The notes beneath the pieces are model-generated. The model searched no databases and was not told the DNA's origin. It saw only the letters and a list, made by a program, of their open reading frames with translations. A stretch of DNA of 64,000 nucleotides from a virus: the IMG/VR virus record IMGVR_UViG_3300029915_000731, positions 36,341 through 100,340 of that record; one strand, given 5' to 3'. Below, one piece after another: positions 1 to 8,364 of this stretch (position 1 is the first letter of the stretch; the number at the start of each line of letters is the position of its first letter). Position numbers and translations under genes: made by a program.

Positions 1-1521
1 CACGCTTTTCTCTACCGCACGTGGATTCTTCTGCGAGAAGAACTGAAAGGGGGCTTCAAGCATATTGGCCTGTACGTGGCGGATATAACGCTTCGAGTGG
101 TGGGCATGGATTCCGCTTGAAGTTCCAAGAATGCAGGAGGTTGATCCGGCGGGTTTCACGCAGGTGCAGCGTGCCGCTTGCCTGATGCCGATCTTAGCTG
201 CGATTTCCTTGTTGGTTGCAACCACAAGAGCAGCAATCTCACGCTGGATTTCAGGGTTGAATAGAATCTCTGGTGAATCCATCATACCTGTAATGGAAAC
301 CCCGATGAGAGCCTCGCGTTCGGCAATATGTTTCGTAGTTTCGCCCAGATATTCGAAGTCAGTGTAACCCGCCTGTGCAGTGCCGATAATAGCAGCGGCT
401 CTGGCGGCGATTGCAAAGTCTTCCTTGGTCTTGCACTTCTTACCATTGATTTCGCAAAGATTACAGAAGGCCCAACCAGACTCACCCGTGGTTACATCCA
501 CTGGATACATGCCGATCTCGACGCAGGGGTTGAACATCATCTCCAGTGAGTCTGACCACACAAAACCGGGCTCACCAAAGTCATGGACAGACTTAATCAA
601 TTCATGAAACTGCTCACGAGTTGTGGTGGAACGAAGGAGCATGGCGGAGTTGTTGGAGCGACCCCGCTGTGGGTTGGTGTAGTACCAATCTCCAGTCTTA
701 GCCCCCAACATCAAAGGATCATCAGGAGAGAAAATACAAATAGTCGCGGAACGACGCACGCCGCCCGATAGCACGGCATCGGAGGCGTGCATCACCACGT
801 CATAAGCGTCAATAGAACGCAGACGCCGCTGACCACGAGCTACGCACTCATCCAACAATTTGCGAATAGCTTCAAGGGACTTCTTCAATGGCTCTGGGCC
901 GGGAGCCTTGCCAACGCCAGATGAAAGCTTAGACCCCTTCTCGCGGATGAGACTGTAGTTGAACTTCACTTCCTTACCCGCCCATTGAGGATAGTTTGGG
1001 TGTGGTAAATAGGTGGCCACCAAAACGCCAAGTGCATCAGCCCAACCTTCAATATCATCGGGAATAAAAAATTCTTCAATTGGAAATCCGCTATAAAATT
1101 CCCCAGTTTTTACACCATCATGGTGTGCCTGAATTTGTTCGGGAAGAAAGTCAGGAAGCTTTGCAATGTGGTGTTTTTGAACGGAGAACCCAACTCCGCT
1201 ACCGCAGAGCAACAACCAGAGGGCTTCCTGAAAGAAACGTGGGCGGTCACAGTACGCAGTGCAACAGTTGTAAACCCGGGCATGTTTACGAAGCACTGGA
1301 GTACCCGCATACTGGAGAGCACGCTGACTGCCTAAAACTCGCTTAGCTTTGGCTTGTTCAAATGCCCAATCCAGCTCTTCCGCAATTTGCGGATAACGGC
1401 CTTGGTGCATGGTGAGGACACGGTTGTTGGCTTCCTGCCAAGTGTCGCGTCGTTTGAGTTGCGAATTGTAACGAGCGTACTTCGAGTGGAAAGTATAGTC
1501 TTGTAGAGCTTTGATTGACAT
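1..1521 (-). CDS. nrdJ: Ribonucleotide reductase, class II (monomeric, B12-dependent type); runs off the left edge of the window
   Basis: Absent from the ORF track because it has no stop in the window. Hand translation from ATG 1521: MSIKALQDYTFHSKYARY...RVYNC...LLLCGSGVGFSVQ...GGVRRSA...GEPG...FNPCVEI...FCNLCEIN...CVKPAGSTS, the RNR catalytic motifs. Confidence 0.85.
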   Translation of the reverse strand, partial: MSIKALQDYTFHSKYARYNSQLKRRDTWQEANNRVLTMHQGRYPQIAEELDWAFEQAKAKRVLGSQRALQYAGTPVLRKHARVYNCCTAYCDRPRFFQEALWLLLCGSGVGFSVQKHHIAKLPDFLPEQIQAHHDGVKTGEFYSGFPIEEFFIPDDIEGWADALGVLVATYLPHPNYPQWAGKEVKFNYSLIREKGSKLSSGVGKAPGPEPLKKSLEAIRKLLDECVARGQRRLRSIDAYDVVMHASDAVLSGGVRRSATICIFSPDDPLMLGAKTGDWYYTNPQRGRSNNSAMLLRSTTTREQFHELIKSVHDFGEPGFVWSDSLEMMFNPCVEIGMYPVDVTTGESGWAFCNLCEINGKKCKTKEDFAIAARAAAIIGTAQAGYTDFEYLGETTKHIAEREALIGVSITGMMDSPEILFNPEIQREIAALVVATNKEIAAKIGIRQAARCTCVKPAGSTSCILGTSSGIHAHHSKRYIRHVQANMLEAPFQFFSQKNPRAVEKSV

Positions 1522-1608
1522 CGGTGTTTGGGTTCCTATGATTTGATTAATACTGCGAGGTGGTTCTGGTCGCGTAATTAGATTTTGGTATTGGAAAGTC
1601 GGAGTAAC

Positions 1609-1638
1609 TGGTGGTTCGAGCCCCGAACCACCATTTTT
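1609..1638 (+). terminator. Intrinsic-terminator-like hairpin
   Basis: TGGTGGTTCG-agccc-CGAACCACCA perfect 10-bp stem followed by TTTTT on the plus strand. Confidence 0.45.
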
Positions 1639-1725
1639 GCAGCACCGATGATGAAATTCAGATTGCAGTTTAGTTGCAGGGGAGTAATTTTTTCAGTACC
1701 ACTGAGGTTTCTATTTAGAGGATAC

Positions 1726-2715
1726 TTAGTCCTTCTCATACTTGAGGTTGGCAAGGTTGTAGTAATCGCGAGTGTCACACATTTCTTTCACTCGGCGATA
1801 GATTGGTTCTCCAAAGGCTTCTTCAAATTCACCGACGGTGAGGTTGCTTGAGAGAATAAGGGTGCCCTCGTTCTCATAGACACCGTCAATGACATCGAAC
1901 AACTTATCAAGACGAAACTTACTCGCCTTCAGCTTGTCAATCTCCTCCAGAATTACGACAGGTTTAACACCATACTTCTTGCGGAGGTGATTCAATTTCG
2001 GTTTGGTGACATCAGGCTCAGGGGCTGTATTGTCTGTGGACTTGGTCTGGAATTGTTCGAGCAAGTTCTGTGCGTCCACCCGCCAGATAAACTTGACGTT
2101 TTCCTTGAATGGGTCACGAAGAGACTCCACGTTCTCTTCGAGAGCATGACGGTAGAGCGCAGTGATAAACGTGGTTTTACTTGACCCTGCAGGACCGACA
2201 AAAAAATAACTCTTGAGTGAGTTTTTGCGGAGGTGTTCGATTTCGTTATCCTGCAACGCCAAGCGGAGTTCCAACCCTTTGCTGCTGTTGTCCTTCCCGC
2301 CCAAGGTAGAAAGTACGTCGGCTTCGAGGGTGTCCAAATCGGTGTTACGGTAGCGAGGCGGCAGCTCATTGTCCAGCAGCTTATGCAGGAACACCCAATT
2401 GCGGCACTCACACTCCACGAAGAATGTGCGCTGAAGCCCTGTGTCCAACCCAACCTCGCGGGTCTTCACACGATGGTTATTCTCGCCCTTGCAGACAGGA
2501 CAAACCTTCTCCCCCTTAGCTATTTCGTAGCCCGTAGGTTTGGACACAGTGAGTTCGACCTCACCCAACTCTCTCCATACCCCATCCCGTGAAATCAGGA
2601 TGCGTTGCCAATGCTTTTCTAGTGAGTTGAGAGCCATCAACTCGGGGTAGGGTAGTTCTTTTATTTGCTCCGGGGTTAGAGGAAGTTTAAGTCGGTTTTT
2701 CTTGTTGTCTTTCAT
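1726..2715 (-). CDS. DnaC/IstB-like AAA+ helicase loader
   Basis: Zn motif CPVC...CEC, Walker A GPAGSSKT, Walker B ILEEID, ILSSNL and RRV motifs; lies near the helicase gene. Confidence 0.8.
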   Translation of the reverse strand: MKDNKKNRLKLPLTPEQIKELPYPELMALNSLEKHWQRILISRDGVWRELGEVELTVSKPTGYEIAKGEKVCPVCKGENNHRVKTREVGLDTGLQRTFFVECECRNWVFLHKLLDNELPPRYRNTDLDTLEADVLSTLGGKDNSSKGLELRLALQDNEIEHLRKNSLKSYFFVGPAGSSKTTFITALYRHALEENVESLRDPFKENVKFIWRVDAQNLLEQFQTKSTDNTAPEPDVTKPKLNHLRKKYGVKPVVILEEIDKLKASKFRLDKLFDVIDGVYENEGTLILSSNLTVGEFEEAFGEPIYRRVKEMCDTRDYYNLANLKYEKD

Positions 2716-2718
2716 GTG

Positions 2719-3240
2719 CTACTCCTGTTTTTGTGCGGCCATGGCTTTCTTGGCAGCTCTTTCCGCTCGAACCCGCTTAGCGGTCTCAATCCAATCGTCG
2801 CCGAGTTGATGTTGCGGTTTATTAACCTCGGCAACCGGCGAGTAGTTGTCGGAGGTTGGGGTTGCGTTCACCTTACGGGCTCGGATATCCTCCTTGCGTT
2901 TCTTGGCGGCATACTCACTGCCAAGCTTGGCGAACTCATCGGTGAAGCGGTGGAATGGGCTAGTATAGCCATCCTTTGCGTACCACTCCATCAAGCGGCT
3001 GACCCAGTAGATGCGCTCACAGAGCGCATAGTCGATAACCCCGTTCAACTCATCTTCCGACCAGTCTTTCAACATGTTCAGAAAAAATAATTTCCAACTT
3101 GATATCACGGTAAGCGGCTCAGCTATAACTTTTGGGTCTTTCCCACTCAACTCCCAAAACTTACGGGAGAGTCGGGCGGCGGCTTTGCGTTGCTCCAGCG
3201 GAAATTCCTTGATAGCTTCGATGGGAGGTTTGTAGGCCAT
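2719..3240 (-). CDS. Hypothetical protein in the replication module
   Basis: 173-aa ORF translationally coupled between the initiator-like gene and the loader. Confidence 0.6.
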   Translation of the reverse strand: MAYKPPIEAIKEFPLEQRKAAARLSRKFWELSGKDPKVIAEPLTVISSWKLFFLNMLKDWSEDELNGVIDYALCERIYWVSRLMEWYAKDGYTSPFHRFTDEFAKLGSEYAAKKRKEDIRARKVNATPTSDNYSPVAEVNKPQHQLGDDWIETAKRVRAERAAKKAMAAQKQE

Positions 3241-3818
3241 CAGTCATCCCCCTCTTCAGCGAAAGCGAGGTCTGCCCGTTCTGAAAGCGAGAGCGAGGTT
3301 GAGGAGCCCTCTCCCAAGCCAGAACCAAAGCCAAGACCCTCTCCAAAGCCAAAGCCAAAGCCATGGTCGCCCTCTGCTACCTCTTTGCTACCCTGAGGGT
3401 ACCCTTCTGTTAACCCAATCCCAGATACAATATCACCCGCAAGGAACTGCTTGAGTAACAAGCGGGGAACTGGCTCCCCCATTTTCTCTTTTTCTTTGCG
3501 GCTGGGAGCGGGCAGTCTACCCGGTTTATCCATACCTACCCAATGACCCCACACTTTACCGTCTGTGCCAATCCAACGGAAGAGTAACTTGACACGTTCG
3601 TAGTCTTTCAACATATTCTCCACGTCAGTTACTTTGTAGGAAGGCCGATTATAGCTGTATACGATTGACCATATCCGTTTGGGGTTACATTCAAACGTGC
3701 CATTGGCGTATGCAAGTGGGATGAGGTTGGCAAACTCCGCCCTGAATTTCTCAGGTTGGACTTCAGCCAATTTGTCGGAACGCCATAGCGACTCCCCATC
3801 AACAATTCTCTTAGGCAT
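3240..3818 (-). CDS. Putative phage replication initiator (N-terminal domain type)
   Basis: MPKRIVDGESLWRSDK N-terminus and a (G-x)n tract GFGFGFGEGLGFGSGLGEG, as seen in phage initiators; sits between helicase and loader. SD-like GAAGAGGG before ATG 3818. Confidence 0.5.
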   Translation of the reverse strand: MPKRIVDGESLWRSDKLAEVQPEKFRAEFANLIPLAYANGTFECNPKRIWSIVYSYNRPSYKVTDVENMLKDYERVKLLFRWIGTDGKVWGHWVGMDKPGRLPAPSRKEKEKMGEPVPRLLLKQFLAGDIVSGIGLTEGYPQGSKEVAEGDHGFGFGFGEGLGFGSGLGEGSSTSLSLSERADLAFAEEGDD

Positions 3819-3872
3819 CAAACCCTCTTCTCGTGGTACCCGTAGGCTACCCTGCTGCTACCCTAATACTCA

Positions 3873-5375
3873 CTATTCAATGTAACCGTCTGTTGGGTAC
3901 AGCAGATAGTTGGCCTCACTGTCTGTCATGTTGCTCGTGATATTCTCAGAAGAGACCTTGATAGTAGTGCCTTTGTCACAGATATACCCCAAAGTTTCGT
4001 TCAACTCCACCTTGTGTGCAGCGAATAACGGGCCACCACGAGCCTTCATGCACCGGAGCATCAGGTTAGGCGGGGTTACCTCTTTAAGGTTGTCTCCCTC
4101 GAACCACACTGATATCACCATGTCCATATCTTGTGCGGCCTGCGTGTACCAGTCGATGGCACCAAGAGATTGGTACTCACCGATTTTATCCCCCTCCTGT
4201 TTCGCCGCCTCGTCATGTCCCTTCTTGTTTGCTTGTAGTGGGGTGACGATGACCAACCCAGACTTATCGTTACGGATACCGTTACGGGTCAACATTTGGG
4301 CTTTACGGAAATCCTTTTTGTGCTCTTCTACCTCATCTCGGCCTTTTACCATTAAGTGGGTAAAGTAGTCGATGGCGAGAACGTCGTAGTCCACTTGGTC
4401 TACCGTGGCTTGCATGTACTCTTCAATTTCACCCCAACTCTCTAACGGCTCAACAATAATTTTACCTTGGAGAAGTGTTCCATTCTTCAGGTCACGTATT
4501 ACTTTCTTCATGTTGGTGTCAAACTTCGGATCGAGAGTGCTGCCCGCCTCAATCCATTTGACACGACTGCACAACTCAAGCTCTGGGAAGTTTGAGGCAT
4601 GGAGATATGCTAGTTGCATATACGCTTCATCCACGGAGACTTCTCGGGGGACAAGCAGTACATTCTTCCCGGACATGGCCATGTTGTAAATGAGAGACAG
4701 CAGTAAGAGCGACTTTCCATGGTTGGTGTAACCGAGGATGCCAATCCAGCGATTGGGCTGGCGGCGTCCTATGACACAGGTATCAATAGTGCCAAACTTC
4801 GTAAAGATGCGAGAACTATCAGAGAGTATATAACTGTCGAAAATATTTTGGATATGGTCGGCGTTGGTTTTCAGGTCACCGGAGATCACCTTCGGGCCTT
4901 TGATGACCATCTTTTCCTTTTCTTCGTGTAAATATTGTTCAGCAGCTAGCTTACCTTTCTCCTTTGTCTTCGGGTGCTCCATACCCCCAGAGACAATTTG
5001 AGCCGCCACCATATAGGCGTTGGAGCTGTGCGCCTCAAGTCCTTGCTGGTAGACAGCCTCCATCAGGATAGCGACCTCCCCTACCGGGGTTTTGTCGGAC
5101 TGAAGTTCAGTAATTTCCTCCTCAATTATTTTTCCCTTCTGTTCGAAGTATTCTTTCTTATCGAAGTTGCTCTGAACAAACTGGAGTAGGGAGACTAGGG
5201 TATCGGGGCACTTCCCAAGCCGTTGGTCATAGTAGAGGATGGAACGCATGGTGTCTGCAAAGGGTTCATCTCGAAGGTGCTTATAGGCGTATTCGAGAAA
5301 TTTTCGGTCACGGGTTAAAGTCTCATGTGGGTTGTCGCGAATCAAAGCTTGTATAAGTAGACCTATTTCATTCAT
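3873..5375 (-). CDS. DnaB-like (SF4) replicative helicase
   Basis: Walker A GYTNHGKS, LAIDYF Walker B, PLQANK, AQDMDMV and KAR motifs. Confidence 0.85.
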   Translation of the reverse strand: MNEIGLLIQALIRDNPHETLTRDRKFLEYAYKHLRDEPFADTMRSILYYDQRLGKCPDTLVSLLQFVQSNFDKKEYFEQKGKIIEEEITELQSDKTPVGEVAILMEAVYQQGLEAHSSNAYMVAAQIVSGGMEHPKTKEKGKLAAEQYLHEEKEKMVIKGPKVISGDLKTNADHIQNIFDSYILSDSSRIFTKFGTIDTCVIGRRQPNRWIGILGYTNHGKSLLLLSLIYNMAMSGKNVLLVPREVSVDEAYMQLAYLHASNFPELELCSRVKWIEAGSTLDPKFDTNMKKVIRDLKNGTLLQGKIIVEPLESWGEIEEYMQATVDQVDYDVLAIDYFTHLMVKGRDEVEEHKKDFRKAQMLTRNGIRNDKSGLVIVTPLQANKKGHDEAAKQEGDKIGEYQSLGAIDWYTQAAQDMDMVISVWFEGDNLKEVTPPNLMLRCMKARGGPLFAAHKVELNETLGYICDKGTTIKVSSENITSNMTDSEANYLLYPTDGYIE

Positions 5376-5526
5376 ACCGTCCTAATACCCCTTCATTGGG
5401 CAACCCGCCCGATTTTTAATCCCCGTTCCACTGACTTTCCAAAGTATTGATAGGTAGGCGAGGAAGTGATGTGCGTCTTAATCTCTTTGTCGGCTGAAGA
5501 GAGGGAGTTCAAGACGGGGGAGAAGT

Positions 5527-6009
5527 ATGGGTAATATCGAAGTTAAACTCTTACATTACACCTTCACTTTTCGAAGATTAAAATGGAGAGAAGAGTTCGC
5601 TATCAAGCAGATTCCCTTGAAAGACCCGATACGGGTCTATCTCGCTCACGCCCTGAACGAGGTGTCCGGGCTCAAACCTAAAGACTTCCTAGAGGCTATG
5701 CGGGTCATAGACGCTGTTCCTAAGGCCATCATCAACCGGGTCTGGAAGATTTACAAAGGGGGGTTTCCCGCCTCCCGCCGCTTCCTTACTGGGGGTCTGT
5801 ACAGCGCACCAGATACCCGAGTTTTCATGGGTAGGGTAGCAGAGGATAGTGGAGGTAAGAAGGCTAACGACGCCCACGCTTCAGCGATGTCGGCCATGGA
5901 GGCGAAGTACACGGAGGAGGAGTTAAGAACTGAGCGGGAGAATGATAGGAAGATTTTTGATGCCATAAAAAAACGTGACGGTCTCATAAAGGCTACCCAA
6001 AATGAATAA
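5527..6009 (+). CDS. Hypothetical protein, possible tail assembly chaperone
   Basis: 160-aa ORF at the head of the plus-strand operon upstream of the tape-measure-like gene; call is positional. Confidence 0.55.
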   Translation: MGNIEVKLLHYTFTFRRLKWREEFAIKQIPLKDPIRVYLAHALNEVSGLKPKDFLEAMRVIDAVPKAIINRVWKIYKGGFPASRRFLTGGLYSAPDTRVFMGRVAEDSGGKKANDAHASAMSAMEAKYTEEELRTERENDRKIFDAIKKRDGLIKATQNE

Positions 6010-7072
6010 GACAGCCCTGAACTTACCCTCCGGGGTAGACCTAATGATGAGAATTAACGACGGGTTGGCCGTCAAGGCTCCCACTGAGTACGTTCAGAAA
6101 ATCAAAGCCGAAGTTACCGACGCTTGTGATGAGCTACTTGATTTTGGGGCGAGGATTCGTCCTCTCATTGTAGATAAGACACAGATTGGGTGGGTGCGTG
6201 GATTCCATGGTAGTGAACGCCGCATACTGAATCGGTGGGTTTATAGTTCGAATGACTACATTGCCAAGTCACTAGCCATCACCACAACTTTAACGACGGA
6301 GGAGATTGAAGACCTCACCGCCTTAGAGATAAAGAACCTTGTAGAGTTGGTACGGAACATGACCGACTACGACTTCTCTCTCTACCCATATTTGTCAGCG
6401 TTCTCCACCACCTCAGCGTCGGAGAACCTGTGGAACGGGAAGGGGGGTCAAATAGCTTCATTTGAAAATCGTAAGGTTGAGATGCCAGACGGCAAGGTAA
6501 TGACCATCATGGCTCCTTCTGACCACGCTCGGTTATGGTCTACCTTATGTGTTTACCGGGAGCAAGCTAAGCGTCGGCTGGATGCCAATTTCAATGCGGT
6601 ACTTATTATCCGCCCATGGGCAGGGAAAAGTGTAGACCCCCTTAACGCGGAACTGAAGGGCATCGCAAGGCAGCTCCGTTCCGACAGTATGGAAGCGTGG
6701 GAGAACCTCATCACCGTAGAAGATAAGCGAAACCTTGATGACGGTTGGGCCCACCCAGACAACCTCGATACCCGAGAAGGTATGTTGAAGGAACTCCATG
6801 GGATGCTGAATAACGACAAGCACGAGCAGTTGATGGGTGAATTCTACCGCAAGCAAGTAGAAGAGGCTGAGGCTCAGAAGCGGCAGATAGAGGAGTCAGT
6901 GAATCGGCGTGGAGGGATAGGTATCAACGAAGAGACAATAGTGGTGGAGACAGAGGAGGCAGTTTTACAACGGGAGCGTGACCTCAAACAGGGGCGGGTG
7001 AACATCCCTGTCAACCGCGACACGGAGAAGTCCACCAACCCGAGAGATAGGATGAATCGGTATAACACCTAA
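6002..7072 (+). CDS. Hypothetical protein, possible tail assembly chaperone
   Basis: 356-aa ORF overlapping the previous stop; call is positional. Confidence 0.6.
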   Translation: MNKTALNLPSGVDLMMRINDGLAVKAPTEYVQKIKAEVTDACDELLDFGARIRPLIVDKTQIGWVRGFHGSERRILNRWVYSSNDYIAKSLAITTTLTTEEIEDLTALEIKNLVELVRNMTDYDFSLYPYLSAFSTTSASENLWNGKGGQIASFENRKVEMPDGKVMTIMAPSDHARLWSTLCVYREQAKRRLDANFNAVLIIRPWAGKSVDPLNAELKGIARQLRSDSMEAWENLITVEDKRNLDDGWAHPDNLDTREGMLKELHGMLNNDKHEQLMGEFYRKQVEEAEAQKRQIEESVNRRGGIGINEETIVVETEEAVLQRERDLKQGRVNIPVNRDTEKSTNPRDRMNRYNT

Positions 7073-7079
7073 CCATTAG

Positions 7080-7664
7080 CTAGTCGGGCAAGGGTAGCGG
7101 CTTCACCTTACGGACTTCCTCGGCGAGTTCTGGGTCTTCTATGCGATAGCTTATCCCACAAAGACACCCCCACCCACGCTCGGCTGCCCGCTCCCGCTCC
7201 CGACGATGGCGAATGGGAGGGAGGCATACGAAGAGGAGGTATCCAAGGCATAGAAAGCAAATCATCATCACAGCAAGGTGGCCGAGTCCGATCTCTCCCG
7301 CACCAAGTCTTTGGCACCAAGCCTTCTCGGTTAAGCCGGTTGAGTCCCCATGGGGCATGTGCCGGTGGGCGTAGCCGATCCATAAAGCCCATGAAACCCC
7401 CACCCCGATAGACCCTAAAACTGTGTAAAACGGAGCTTTAAAAAATAGTATTACGGTGAACAAGACGATGAGCCAAGTGAGGACGGCATCGCCGCTGACC
7501 GCCGCGCCAGTGAATAGCAGGTAGAAGGGGTAGCAAAGGAGGGCGAGAATCGCCGCCAAGAGCAGCAATACGCCCACAACCACGTCGGCAGCGATCTGGA
7601 CGGGTTTTGTGATAATGTCTAAGGCTCCGAAGACTCTCTGCTGCACTTCCCGCTCGTTGCTCAT
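7080..7664 (-). CDS. Multi-pass membrane protein
   Basis: About four hydrophobic segments; GGAGG SD at 7670-7674 before ATG 7664; own promoter upstream. Confidence 0.7.
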   Translation of the reverse strand: MSNEREVQQRVFGALDIITKPVQIAADVVVGVLLLLAAILALLCYPFYLLFTGAAVSGDAVLTWLIVLFTVILFFKAPFYTVLGSIGVGVSWALWIGYAHRHMPHGDSTGLTEKAWCQRLGAGEIGLGHLAVMMICFLCLGYLLFVCLPPIRHRRERERAAERGWGCLCGISYRIEDPELAEEVRKVKPLPLPD

Positions 7665-7680
7665 AATTACCTCCACTTTT

Positions 7681-7710
7681 AGTATACCAGCCGTTCCGTG
7701 GAATTGTCTA
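7681..7710 (-). promoter_or_regulatory. Sigma70-like early promoter TAGACA-N18-TATACT
   Basis: Same motif and spacing recur at 61168-61197, 61626-61655 and 61827-61856. Confidence 0.7.
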
Positions 7711-7775
7711 GTTTTTTTGTTTTTGCTAGTGATTTTAAGTTTGTAAAGTTGTCAACTATTCTTAGAGAGGTGTTT

Positions 7776-8360
7776 ATGGAAGGGTCACCAGTAGATATTG
7801 AGCAACCCCAATCGCTTGAAGACGTTATTGCGGGGCTGCGCGGATTCGGTATTGAAGAGAACGAGGAGATTCTGACGTTCGTAGGTAAGGACGGCAAAGC
7901 GGTACGCCTCCGCATCACCAACCTACCTACCGACGATGAGATTAAGGCGTTAATAGTTTGTGATGAATATAAAGGGTATGCGTGGGTGCAGCGGATTCGA
8001 GTTGAGGTGTTATCTCATTCAATCTCTTGGATTAACGGCTTCGATATCCGTAGTCTTACCGGGGCTGACCGCTTCATTGTAGACCCCACAGATGGCGTGA
8101 AAAAGGATGTTCAGGTTGTCCTTCGAAACATCCTCATGGGTTGGGGGGAGCAGCTCCTGACCACCCTCTGGAAAATTGCCATGGTTCACTCTGACAAGAT
8201 TGAAAAGCGGTACCAAGCGGATTTCCCTGACTCCACCATCATGACCGACGCCGAGCGACGTTTCATGGACACAGTCATTAAAGAACTGGAAGATCAAGGA
8301 AAGAACGTCATTCAAGACACTGTACAGAAAGTTTTTGAATCTGAAGCCCCTGAGGAGTAA
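7776..8360 (+). CDS. Putative tail assembly chaperone
   Basis: Acidic ORF immediately upstream of the tape-measure-like gene; start moved to ATG 7776 behind GAGAGG. Confidence 0.55.
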   Translation: MEGSPVDIEQPQSLEDVIAGLRGFGIEENEEILTFVGKDGKAVRLRITNLPTDDEIKALIVCDEYKGYAWVQRIRVEVLSHSISWINGFDIRSLTGADRFIVDPTDGVKKDVQVVLRNILMGWGEQLLTTLWKIAMVHSDKIEKRYQADFPDSTIMTDAERRFMDTVIKELEDQGKNVIQDTVQKVFESEAPEE

Positions 8361-8364
8361 CTAA

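Noticed and set aside
131-1346. Short ORFs listed in the track over 131-1346
   Set aside because: Shadow frames of the minus-strand ribonucleotide reductase gene. The same applies to most short ORFs nested in the large structural genes.
1522-1725. Cobalamin riboswitch upstream of the class II RNR
   Set aside because: Only one simple hairpin is visible and I could not identify a B12-box or other conserved elements; an Rfam scan would settle it.
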